IMG/VR virus record: IMGVR_UViG_3300032138_000680
Span: 30,675 to 94,674 of that record
DNA length: 64,000 bases
Strand: one strand, 5' to 3'
DNA from: a virus
Lineage: Duplodnaviria; Caudoviricetes
Shown here in pieces: positions 41,501 to 49,329 of this stretch (its first letter is position 1; the number at the start of each line of letters is the position of its first letter). The position numbers and the translations under genes are program-made. The notes beneath the pieces were generated by a model. The model made no database searches and was not told where the DNA came from. It saw only the letters and a list, made by a program, of their open reading frames with translations.

Positions 41501-41661
41501 ATATATGCTACGGCATTCTCTGGGTATTCTTTGACCTTTTCGTATAAACGATTGAATACTTCTTCGTATTCTCTATGTCGTTTAAGATTTCGGATTTGGA
41601 TATCCGATATGTGGTGAATGTGTTTAAGTTTACGAAATGGAACTTTTAAAACATTCGTCAT
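38500..41661 (-). CDS. Mre11/SbcD nuclease-Rad50/SbcC ATPase fusion (T4 gp47+gp46-like)
   Basis: HISDIQ, GGDIAH, AGNHD, GDIH; Walker A APNASGKS, coiled coil with CEFC hook, LSSGME, IDEGFG, IVSH. Confidence 0.92.
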   Translation of the reverse strand: MTNVLKVPFRKLKHIHHISDIQIRNLKRHREYEEVFNRLYEKVKEYPENAVAYIGGDIAHSKTEMSPELIDQLSRLFKNLSDICPTIIIAGNHDCNLNNLSRLDCLTPIVENLNHPNLHYLKNTGVYKCADVQFVVWDVWDNQKDYPLAKDVEGKTKIVLYHGTVDQSKTDLGFRLPSKVKISKFRGYDLGLLGDIHKRQHLNKKETISYCGSLVQQNHGEGLDHGYLLWDVPKRKSTYIPVHNDFGYYTLDVDNGVVPDVDDMPQKARLRVRVSNTDSVQLKRALTKIQTTYGIKEIVVNRTDRLTERVRDGQLVDVGDMTNPDYQYDLIEDYLKRNHSLVEDEILLKIKDVNEELNNQLPVEEISRNVFWKLKKFEWSNMFSYGEDNVVDFTQLNGIIGLFAPNASGKSALLDSLSFALFDTSARTFKAERILNNKKGSFHCKVGFEINETEYYIERKGKRLKNGKVKVDVDFWMIDDSADRVSLNGDQRRTTNANIRRVIGSYDDFVLTALSLQNNSTVFIDKTQKERKDLLAQFMGMGIFDQLYTLAHEEISDISAILKDFRKTDYDVDLADIEKSDTQYKLVQKDLRSQKKTLTTKKREFTNQVLNLTKKLRPVDESILDIEKLSKDKIDYEDLLESMDIRLGSVGTTQEENKSKIVELKHRIKDYVDKDINKKYLDLITLEDDKKELRIEIDKLKIDVRNKLDKIEKLGILEWDEDCEFCMSNPFTLDAIATNEKLDEDKKMAGEYVSNLDYLDLQIEDMGSTRDNKVDYDRSMEALKNIDINHNKLESEEVLLKERKKNTLHQITLTEERIEKYHESKNDIVYNKQVEEEIDNLKNSVDDLDYQVETIDNKIQVIHGEIQINRTKKKTIMETMNKVEDLETKYEAYEYYMDAVKRDGVPYELIEKALPTIEGEVNDILAQMVDFGIVLEMDGKNINTYLAYDEDNVWPLELSSGMERFISSLAMRVGLINVCNLPRANFLAIDEGFGNMDSDNLNSVYMLFQYLKSQFQFAFIVSHIESMRDTVDSLLEITKTGGFSNITLPSKFN

Positions 41662-42605
41662 ATATTAATACTCTTTTTTGGTTTACCTTTCAGCTTATAT
41701 CTCATTAAGTCTGAAAATTTCATTTTCTCTGTTTCTTTTAATAACGGAATAACATTTTCAAATCCCAAGTCTGATGGGTCTTTTTCCGGCAAATTAACAA
41801 AATATACATCAATATCATTCTTCATAAATTCTTCAACCATTTTTAGAGAATCTAATATAGCGTCTCTATCTAAAGATATATATATCTGTTTTACTTTTTT
41901 CTCAATAATTTTCCGTCTGAGATTTGATAGTATTGTTTTTCCAAATAAAGGGATGGCATTTCGTTTAATTGCAATTGCATCAAACGGGCCTTCACATAAA
42001 ACTATTGGTTCATCCCAATTTATAAATAACTCAAATCCAACAACATCTTTCGGTGTCGGTGAATTTCTATATTTCATTTTACTCTGAAATATATCTCTAC
42101 CTACAAAAAAATTTAACTGTCCATCTTCACTATACGATGGAATAATAACTCTATTTGTATAGAGTCCTTGGTCACAATAACCAATATTATATTTTAATAT
42201 ATCCTCGTATGTAATTCCTCGTCTTTGTAAATACATCATTGCATTTTTATAAACGGGTGATGGATGTTTGTATACCAAAGATAAAAACTCCTTTGGTAAT
42301 TCTACCTTTCCTTTTTTCCTTACTTCCTTACTTTCATATCCATACGAAATTTCATCTACTATGCCACGCAATTCTCTAAATTGTTCTTGTGTGGCATTTA
42401 ATTTTTTAAATAACTGAAATAAATTATGTCCGCCCGCATTAGAAACCCAACAATGCCATTTACCTGTAACTATATTAATTTGTAATTTTGGTTTGTGGTG
42501 TGAAACAAATGGACTCCAATACATATACTCATTCTGTTTCTTGAGTTTTTGTCCCTTTGAACCAACTGTTATATCTATAAGATATACTAATTTATTCGAA
42601 TCCAT
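41658..42605 (-). CDS. DnaG-type DNA primase (Toprim) with degenerate zinc finger
   Basis: YL..RGI, RVIIP, GR, KY.NSP, LCEGPFDA, LDRDA, KDP. Confidence 0.85.
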   Translation of the reverse strand: MDSNKLVYLIDITVGSKGQKLKKQNEYMYWSPFVSHHKPKLQINIVTGKWHCWVSNAGGHNLFQLFKKLNATQEQFRELRGIVDEISYGYESKEVRKKGKVELPKEFLSLVYKHPSPVYKNAMMYLQRRGITYEDILKYNIGYCDQGLYTNRVIIPSYSEDGQLNFFVGRDIFQSKMKYRNSPTPKDVVGFELFINWDEPIVLCEGPFDAIAIKRNAIPLFGKTILSNLRRKIIEKKVKQIYISLDRDAILDSLKMVEEFMKNDIDVYFVNLPEKDPSDLGFENVIPLLKETEKMKFSDLMRYKLKGKPKKSINI

Positions 42606-43762
42606 TATAAGCTACTCGGTTGTAATTTACCTGGTAACCAAACACCATCTTCTGATTTATTATAAACACTCAAAAGTTTATCTCTCCACTCAATTTCACT
42701 TGAAAATTTTGATAAATATTCTCTAAGTTTCTCTAAATAAATATCTCTTTCTTTTACTGAAAGTTCTTTTATTTTACCAACGTGGTTCTCAAATTGTTTA
42801 ACAGTATTTGCCCTAAATGGATAATCCATATCTTTACACCAATCTTTACTTATTATTGGTATTTTACCATAATCTACTGCTTGAAAAATACTATATCCAA
42901 ATGGTTCTTTTACATAAGCCCCATGAAAAATACCCCAATCTTTACTCTGATAAAAATCTTCTACTTTACCTCTTGAATACGGTTCTACTCTTACATTATC
43001 AAATTTTATTTTCTTTTTAGACACATTTTCCCAAACACCAATAGCATCTTCCTTAGTAAGAGCAATCGATTCTATATTTTCTAAATAATGAAAGTTTTTC
43101 CTTGCCTCTGATCTTGCAGCATATCCAACAACATTACTATCTATCGCCTTTAAATTATGTTCAAACTTATAAAAATTTGGAATATGTTGGCCAATATCTT
43201 TCCGTTCATCTACTCCTATCCATACTATTTCATTTGCAACTTCATTCAATCCTTCATGAAACGTAATTCTTTGATTTTGATCAAATATTTCTCTTGCCCT
43301 CCTATAATGAAATTTTCTTTTACTTACACCAGAAGTTTCCCTCTGTGAACTGTGACATACAATACTATCAATATTACCGTACTTTTCAATAACTTCCTTA
43401 GTTTTTCTTCCATATACTGCGGCGAGTGGACATGATAATAAATGAACTTTTCTTGCATTTTTTATTATCTTATCAGTATATTCAGTAGTGGGTAATGAAA
43501 AATAATTTTCTAATTGTAATCCTGGGTATCTCCATTCATACTTATGTTCTGTTCCTGGTCTATCTAAAACTAACACAAACGATTTTGCATATTGTATCCA
43601 ACCATAAGATGATTCAACCTCTATAATAAGAATAGGTTTAACTCTTAAATGTGGAACTACATATCTAATCCAGTTATCAACCCAGAACGACACTCCACCT
43701 ACTGAGAAATCTCCTACTTCTGATGTTACATATACATCATACTCCTGGTCAAAATTAACCAT
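42605..43762 (-). CDS. GT-B (GT4-like) glycosyltransferase; paralog of 13263..14288
   Basis: YDVY..GG..WVDNW, ARSEARK, EPFGYSIFQAVDYGKIPI. Confidence 0.8.
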   Translation of the reverse strand: MVNFDQEYDVYVTSEVGDFSVGGVSFWVDNWIRYVVPHLRVKPILIIEVESSYGWIQYAKSFVLVLDRPGTEHKYEWRYPGLQLENYFSLPTTEYTDKIIKNARKVHLLSCPLAAVYGRKTKEVIEKYGNIDSIVCHSSQRETSGVSKRKFHYRRAREIFDQNQRITFHEGLNEVANEIVWIGVDERKDIGQHIPNFYKFEHNLKAIDSNVVGYAARSEARKNFHYLENIESIALTKEDAIGVWENVSKKKIKFDNVRVEPYSRGKVEDFYQSKDWGIFHGAYVKEPFGYSIFQAVDYGKIPIISKDWCKDMDYPFRANTVKQFENHVGKIKELSVKERDIYLEKLREYLSKFSSEIEWRDKLLSVYNKSEDGVWLPGKLQPSSL

Positions 43763-44621
43763 ATGTTCTCAATTTCATCATTACAATATATTCATCTCCA
43801 AACTTTGTAAAATTAGAACTCTTTGGATAATTAGTAAATTCCACTGATTCCACTATATCATCAACTGCACAAGTTGTTAATTTTCTCTCATTGTATAGAT
43901 TCCAAAATGTATCTGAATCTGGATTATTTTTTTCTATCGGATTACTGAGATTTAACTCATCAATTAAATCTCCATGCTGTCTAATAAATGACCTTGAAAC
44001 TGAAAATACTTTTAATTTTGAAATTTCTTCCTCCAGAAATATATCTACTGCATAACTTATCGGTACATATTTATCAAGTAATTTTTTCACACTATTTTTA
44101 TTAATAACATATGCATGTGCTCCATACCTTGAAACTCCAAACTTGGGAATTACTAAATTTTCTGTAACTTTTTCTCCTGGTACTTCTTGGGTTTTCTTTC
44201 CCAAAAATACAACATCCCAATCATTTAATGAATTTATCTCATCAAGTAGTGTTTGAAATTCAATTCGTGGTTTTCCAAACTCTAGATCCATTTGATTTCT
44301 TACAACTTCTCTTGTAAGAAAAATATCATCTTCTAATATTAAACACGTATCAAGACCACTCTTTAAAAATCTTTTCCATACTTTAATATGAGATAAACTA
44401 CATCCTATAATATTACGAGTCAATACACCATTTGGATCATAATATTCTGTATTAAGTAATCCATCTTTGATTAATTTTCTTACCTTTAACTTTTGTCCGT
44501 CAATAGCATCCACAATTTCATAATCAATCCCCCGTAATGTTTTTTCCATTTTATCCCGTCTTTCTTGACGAGATTTTAAATTGATTACATAAGTCTTATC
44601 AAATCCTATATCAGTAGACAT
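43755..44621 (-). CDS. GT25 glycosyltransferase
   Basis: YVINL..R.ERR, DAIDG, GCSLSH..W, LILEDD, AHAYVI. Confidence 0.88.
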   Translation of the reverse strand: MSTDIGFDKTYVINLKSRQERRDKMEKTLRGIDYEIVDAIDGQKLKVRKLIKDGLLNTEYYDPNGVLTRNIIGCSLSHIKVWKRFLKSGLDTCLILEDDIFLTREVVRNQMDLEFGKPRIEFQTLLDEINSLNDWDVVFLGKKTQEVPGEKVTENLVIPKFGVSRYGAHAYVINKNSVKKLLDKYVPISYAVDIFLEEEISKLKVFSVSRSFIRQHGDLIDELNLSNPIEKNNPDSDTFWNLYNERKLTTCAVDDIVESVEFTNYPKSSNFTKFGDEYIVMMKLRTYG

Positions 44622-44624
44622 ATT

Positions 44625-44957
44625 CTATTTTATTAATTTTAAAAATTCTTCTAACTCTATAGTAACATAAGTTTTACTTCTATTTCTTTTGAATATCAAA
44701 ATAGGTGGATATTCACCACTATTTTCTTCGGCCTGTTCTAACGATGACCAAATATTAAGTTTTTCTTGATTTTTACATTCGAATGAGTAAGGTATCTTTC
44801 TTCTTGCAGCAGGTGAAAGTTTGATATCTTCACCAGTTTCTCCCATAATTGCTGTACGGATATCGTCTGGTTCTAATTCTTTGAATTCTTCGAGAAGTAA
44901 ATCTCGTATTTTATTTTGTAATCTTCGACCTTTGGCCTTAGCTGAGCGTGTTTTCAT
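44625..44957 (-). CDS. PD-(D/E)xK Holliday-junction resolvase-like nuclease
   Basis: SAKAKGRRLQ, GEDI, FECKNQE, IFKRNRSK. Confidence 0.75.
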   Translation of the reverse strand: MKTRSAKAKGRRLQNKIRDLLLEEFKELEPDDIRTAIMGETGEDIKLSPAARRKIPYSFECKNQEKLNIWSSLEQAEENSGEYPPILIFKRNRSKTYVTIELEEFLKLIK

Positions 44958-44990
44958 AACCTTTAATAAATATAACCCTGTTTTGTCAAA

Positions 44991-45383
44991 TTAACTAAAT
45001 TTTCGCTTCCATTTTCTACTATATTCTTTTCGTGCCCATTTTTCTGCTTTTTCTTCAAAAGCGTTGTCATCGTGGAAATCACGACCTTTATTTACGGCTA
45101 TATCACCTGCCTTTTGATATTCCTTTTCATACTTTCTTGCACCCATTGTTTTTCTATCATTTGCGTGATCTATTTCATGTAATACTGTAATTATAAATTC
45201 TTTAATTGAAGAATAACTTTTTTTGAGATTGATTATATCTTTAACCCAATCGTAATCTGCTTTGTTTCCACCTCTAACAGTACCAACTTTTACTTTGGAA
45301 CGGAGCCCGTAATCTTTTACTAATTGGCTTGCAATTTCATGATAATCAATTCTCTCTACTAATAAACTTTTTAATTTTATCAT
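44991..45383 (-). CDS. HExxH zinc metalloprotease-like protein, possible internal head protein
   Basis: VLHEIDH, FEEKAE; N-terminal MIKLKSLLVE leader. Confidence 0.65.
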   Translation of the reverse strand: MIKLKSLLVERIDYHEIASQLVKDYGLRSKVKVGTVRGGNKADYDWVKDIINLKKSYSSIKEFIITVLHEIDHANDRKTMGARKYEKEYQKAGDIAVNKGRDFHDDNAFEEKAEKWARKEYSRKWKRKFS

Positions 45384-45535
45384 TACCTTCTTCCATATAC
45401 AGGTAATTGTGGTCCTTTTGTTTTTTCCTTAGCCAACCACTTTTTGTGTTGAACTGCAGTTCTACCTTCAGTAGCCCACTTTTTATTTAATGCTGCTTTT
45501 TTACGTTTTCTATCTTTTGCTTTACTGTTTGGCAT
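45383..45535 (-). CDS. 50-aa highly basic protein; absent from ORF track
   Basis: MPNSKAKDRKRKKAALNKKWATEGRTAVQHKKWLAKEKTKGPQLPVYGRR; TAATG overlaps at both ends exactly fill the gap. Confidence 0.8.
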   Translation of the reverse strand: MPNSKAKDRKRKKAALNKKWATEGRTAVQHKKWLAKEKTKGPQLPVYGRR

Positions 45536-45978
45536 TAGAACACATCTCCAGACATCGCATCTTGAATTGCCTTTTTAAGATGTTTATTAGTTACATCTAC
45601 AACACCATCCATATCAGCTTTCCAAACTTCTTTCTTTTTTCCATTATGAAATAGTGCAATAGATGGATAATTTCGTATTCTGAGTTTCTTAGCAACTTTT
45701 TTAACTTCTGAATGGTCTACTTTATAAATAACACATCCTTCAAATCCTTTTACTCCATCAAATAATTTCTTATCAAGAGTTGCAAATTGATATGGTGCTG
45801 TAAAATGAATAAGAACAAATCCTTTTGCTATTTTCTTTTTAAAATTGTCATCGGTTAATGATTCTATTGGTGATTTAGGTTTATCTTGTGCGTTTACTAC
45901 GTTTCCACACAATACAATTGTTATTCCAATTACACATAACAATTTAAAACCCCATCTAATTAATTGTGATTTATTCAT
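45535..45978 (-). CDS. Exported thioredoxin-fold protein lacking CxxC
   Basis: Signal peptide; LTDDNF..VLIHFTAPY..YKVD..RIRNYPSIALF.NG. Confidence 0.75.
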   Translation of the reverse strand: MNKSQLIRWGFKLLCVIGITIVLCGNVVNAQDKPKSPIESLTDDNFKKKIAKGFVLIHFTAPYQFATLDKKLFDGVKGFEGCVIYKVDHSEVKKVAKKLRIRNYPSIALFHNGKKKEVWKADMDGVVDVTNKHLKKAIQDAMSGDVF

Positions 45979-45980
45979 AA

Positions 45981-46562
45981 CTATTTATCCCTCTTTCTTC
46001 GTTCAAGTGATTTTATATCGTTTTGTAATTCTTTGATAACATCTTGAAGTTCTTCTATCTTACCATACGCATCATCCATTTCATCTTGTAGACCTTCAAC
46101 ATTATCTTTATATTGTTCATATGAACGAGGCCAGTTATATCCCTCTGGTCTTGATGGATATTCTGCCTCATATAAACTTTTCAAACTTGGAAGTTCTTTT
46201 GCCTCTTGAATATCTGCCTGTAACATATACCACATTCCTACTAATGAAGCAATTCCTGTTGCAGCTGCAATTATTGTTTTAACATCTAATGCAAACTTTG
46301 TTTTCATTACTGCATCTTGACTTATATCTATTGGTTGTGCCACTACTTTTTCCTCTACAATTTCTTCTTTTTCTTCATGCCGAGTATTTAACATCGCATC
46401 TGTTAAATCCGCGACGGTAATTATACCCATTTCAATTAGTATGTCCCCTAACTTCCTATCATCTCCCTGTACTTGTTTTTGGATGGCCTTGGCTAGCTGT
46501 CTCTTTGTAATAACATCTGCCTCCATTAAGAGTTCGCCTAATCTCTGTCCATTCTCTGCCAC
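45981..46562 (-). CDS. MshEN-like N-terminal domain + single TM helix + coiled coil
   Basis: RLGELLMEADVITKRQLAKAIQKQ / KLGDILIEMGIITVADLTDAM; TM IIAAATGIASLVGMWYML; C-terminal heptads. Confidence 0.78.
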   Translation of the reverse strand: MAENGQRLGELLMEADVITKRQLAKAIQKQVQGDDRKLGDILIEMGIITVADLTDAMLNTRHEEKEEIVEEKVVAQPIDISQDAVMKTKFALDVKTIIAAATGIASLVGMWYMLQADIQEAKELPSLKSLYEAEYPSRPEGYNWPRSYEQYKDNVEGLQDEMDDAYGKIEELQDVIKELQNDIKSLERRKRDK

Positions 46563-46565
46563 TTT

Positions 46566-46892
46566 TTATCCCCATTTTCTCTTTTTTCTAAGATGTTTAT
46601 TCCATCTCTTTTTATTAAATCCTTTTTTCCAAGATTTACTACCTTTATGAAAAACAATTACCCTTGGACCAGAATGTATACCCCACCTATAACTCATAGT
46701 AAATCGTGGATCTGACCAATAATGTCCATGTCCATCTACATAAATATTAACTACTTTTGTAGAATCATTAATAACTATTTGTTTGTCTGGTTTTTTATGA
46801 TGTTCGTTGGAATGTCGTTTATATCCAAGTGTACTTCCAAGATTAAAACAAAGTATACCAACTAACATAATTTCAAATACTCCTGGCATCAA
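46566..46892 (-). CDS. Membrane-anchored/exported basic His-rich protein
   Basis: Hydrophobic N-terminus, basic C-terminal tail. Confidence 0.6.
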   Translation of the reverse strand: MMPGVFEIMLVGILCFNLGSTLGYKRHSNEHHKKPDKQIVINDSTKVVNIYVDGHGHYWSDPRFTMSYRWGIHSGPRVIVFHKGSKSWKKGFNKKRWNKHLRKKRKWG

Positions 46893-47509
46893 TGTCCCCC
46901 ATAATCAGAATACGGTGTATTTGCTGTATCCTTCTCTACTTTTAAATTTGTAAATTCTATTCTACCTTCCATATTAGCTTCTGCATATGGATTATAAAAT
47001 ATACCTTCACCTTCACCACTTATTGTCCAACTATCTCCACTTTGACTTATTGTTTCTATATGTGCTTCTCCTGAAACGGCTACATCTGAATCACCAATAA
47101 TTTCCATTCTTACCCATTTACTTGGTTCTCCATGCATACAAGCTCTTGGACATACTGGACATACACTTGGCCATTGATACTGTCCTTCATCGATTGGTAA
47201 TCCATTAGATGTATCACCTTCCCAATCTGTAAATATTACGGCGTAGTGTTCTTTATTTAAGTCTACTCTACTATCTTCCTTTTGAAAGTGAATAACTAAT
47301 ATTTTCTTAACAAATGTTTTTGTAGTATCAAATCCCACATATTCAATTTCTTCAGCAAACGTTGTAATTCGTTGATATTCTGCTTGTACATCTATTTCTT
47401 CACCATTTAACCATAACTTCATTGGATATTCTTCTTCCAATAAATCTTCACAGCTCCATGAACTCCAAGTAAACATTAAAGTTAATACCAAAAATAGTTT
47501 TTTAATCAT
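46889..47509 (-). CDS. Lipoprotein
   Basis: True start MIKKLFLVLTLMFTWSSWS-C-EDLLEEE at 47509; lipobox Cys followed by acidic tract; CPVCPRAC loop. Confidence 0.72.
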   Translation of the reverse strand: MIKKLFLVLTLMFTWSSWSCEDLLEEEYPMKLWLNGEEIDVQAEYQRITTFAEEIEYVGFDTTKTFVKKILVIHFQKEDSRVDLNKEHYAVIFTDWEGDTSNGLPIDEGQYQWPSVCPVCPRACMHGEPSKWVRMEIIGDSDVAVSGEAHIETISQSGDSWTISGEGEGIFYNPYAEANMEGRIEFTNLKVEKDTANTPYSDYGGH

Positions 47510-47510
47510 T

Positions 47511-47591
47511 TTACTTTCCTTTCCCACATTGACAATTTTCACAAGTGCAATTTTCACATTCACAATTTGGATTGTCACAGTTATTTTTCAT
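47511..47591 (-). CDS. 26-aa metallothionein-like Cys-rich peptide; absent from ORF track
   Basis: MKNNCDNPNCECENCTCENCQCGKGK (7 Cys, three CxC); AGGAG RBS 7 nt upstream; stop 1 nt before next ATG. Confidence 0.75.
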   Translation of the reverse strand: MKNNCDNPNCECENCTCENCQCGKGK

Positions 47592-47601
47592 TTTAGTTCT
47601 C

Positions 47602-48015
47602 CTATAATCTTAATCTTTTACGCCAACGGTCATATGTTGCTCCATCGGCCGTCATATATATTTTACTCGAAATCTTATACTGTTTCTTTCCATCACGAGT
47701 AACTTCCCATTCTGCGACTCCATATTTCACACTAAGATTGTGGTCATATGGTATCGTAATTTTTTTATGTTTACCACTTATAAAATCGGACTTAGAAATA
47801 CTTTTAAAGTGTGGAATACTTGTAGATTGTTTTCTTCCACTTTTCTCTGCCTGTTTCTTTAATTGTTGTACTTGTTTGTCAATCTTCTGTGCTTCTTGAG
47901 ATGCCTTCTCTACTTTCTTTAGAAATTTTTCCCATTTACTTTGACCAAAAGTTACATCGGGTAATCCCACCAATAATATTAAACTTAATAGTATGTATTT
48001 CATTTTATAATCCAA
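47602..48015 (-). CDS. Secreted basic protein
   Basis: Signal peptide MKYILLSLILLVG..TFG-Q, coiled coil. Confidence 0.65.
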   Translation of the reverse strand: MDYKMKYILLSLILLVGLPDVTFGQSKWEKFLKKVEKASQEAQKIDKQVQQLKKQAEKSGRKQSTSIPHFKSISKSDFISGKHKKITIPYDHNLSVKYGVAEWEVTRDGKKQYKISSKIYMTADGATYDRWRKRLRL

Positions 48016-49291
48016 GTCCTAAAAATTGATAATTCAAACCAACTTTAATATCATAGGCTGGTCTTTCCCAGTAATCTAAATATTTTCCTTCAACATAGAA
48101 TCCCAAATTTTCTTGTAATTTAAATCCTATAATTGCTCCAAGGTCATAATCCATCCAAATCTCTGTCCCTTTATCTAAAAATTCAAAGGTTTCAGGTTCT
48201 CTTCCTGCCTCATCATGTTCTTTCCACGCAACTGCGTTATGATAAGAATACTTATCTAACCCATAATGATACGGATATAAACTTCCCCATGCATGAATCC
48301 AAAAATTTTCAGTATATTGATACCAATCTAATCCAAGTGATACTGATATTTCTCTTTGACTTCCCAATCCTTTTAACTGTTTATCAAACCAATTTTCTAA
48401 TAATCCTGGAAAATGATATTGATAAAATTCTCTATCAGACATTGCCATTAGATTTCCATCTCTGTCAAACCATCTCCAATCTTGACCTACATATCCTACA
48501 TATTCACCAGTATTATTATCATAAATAGATATTCCACCATCACCAATTCCATCACCATCTATATCACCACTGTATCCTCGGTCATCTACTCCAAATTCAT
48601 CTTCTGCGAAATCCCACCAAGATGAAGTATACCAACTTGAATCAAGAACAGTTGGTGCGAATCCATATGCTGGATGTGTTCTTGCTCCCAGTCCAACTGA
48701 AATATTAAAACTACCACCTTCAGTTTCAAATTCTTTTCTTAATCTTAAATCACCTTGACCATATCTTAAATCTTCCATCTCCATATCTTGATATTTTAAT
48801 TTAAGAATAAACCAATCACCAAGATATCTCAAAAAATATTCTTGTGATTTAAATTGTTCATCCCACCTGCGATTTTCTGAATACTTTAAAAGATACTCAA
48901 ATCCTTTTACTCTGCCTATTGTAGCAGCTTCATTAGGATTTGCTTGACCATTTCCTTTATACCAATCTCCACCTACACCAGCGTTTTTCACACCTCGTTT
49001 TGCTTCATAATGAAATCTGGCAATTTTTCTTATTCCAAATGAAATATCAAAATCTGGTTCTAAATCTCTTTCTTCTTTATGTACAGTTAATTCACCACTT
49101 AACCAATTTTCCATTCCCGTTTCAGGATCAATCATTGAAAGTACATATCTATCATCTTCCCATTTTGGTGAAGATAGATTGAACCCGGCATAAACCGTTG
49201 AATACTTAAAAAAGTTTTGAAATGCTCCTTCTAATCCCTGTCCAACTAAAAAGGATGTTGATAACAACAATCCTACTAATACTTTTCTCAT
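48005..49291 (-). CDS. Outer-membrane beta-barrel-like protein
   Basis: Signal peptide; alternating aromatic strands; terminal YDIKVGLNYQF; DIDGDG Ca-binding-like loop. Confidence 0.65.
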   Translation of the reverse strand: MRKVLVGLLLSTSFLVGQGLEGAFQNFFKYSTVYAGFNLSSPKWEDDRYVLSMIDPETGMENWLSGELTVHKEERDLEPDFDISFGIRKIARFHYEAKRGVKNAGVGGDWYKGNGQANPNEAATIGRVKGFEYLLKYSENRRWDEQFKSQEYFLRYLGDWFILKLKYQDMEMEDLRYGQGDLRLRKEFETEGGSFNISVGLGARTHPAYGFAPTVLDSSWYTSSWWDFAEDEFGVDDRGYSGDIDGDGIGDGGISIYDNNTGEYVGYVGQDWRWFDRDGNLMAMSDREFYQYHFPGLLENWFDKQLKGLGSQREISVSLGLDWYQYTENFWIHAWGSLYPYHYGLDKYSYHNAVAWKEHDEAGREPETFEFLDKGTEIWMDYDLGAIIGFKLQENLGFYVEGKYLDYWERPAYDIKVGLNYQFLGLGL

Positions 49292-49329
49292 TTATATCTC
49301 CAATTAGCGTTGCTTTACAACTATAAATA

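Noticed and set aside
47510-47578. N-terminal extension MTIQIVNVK... of ORF 46889..47578
   Set aside because: Overlaps the metallothionein-like gene in another frame; signal peptide begins at 47509
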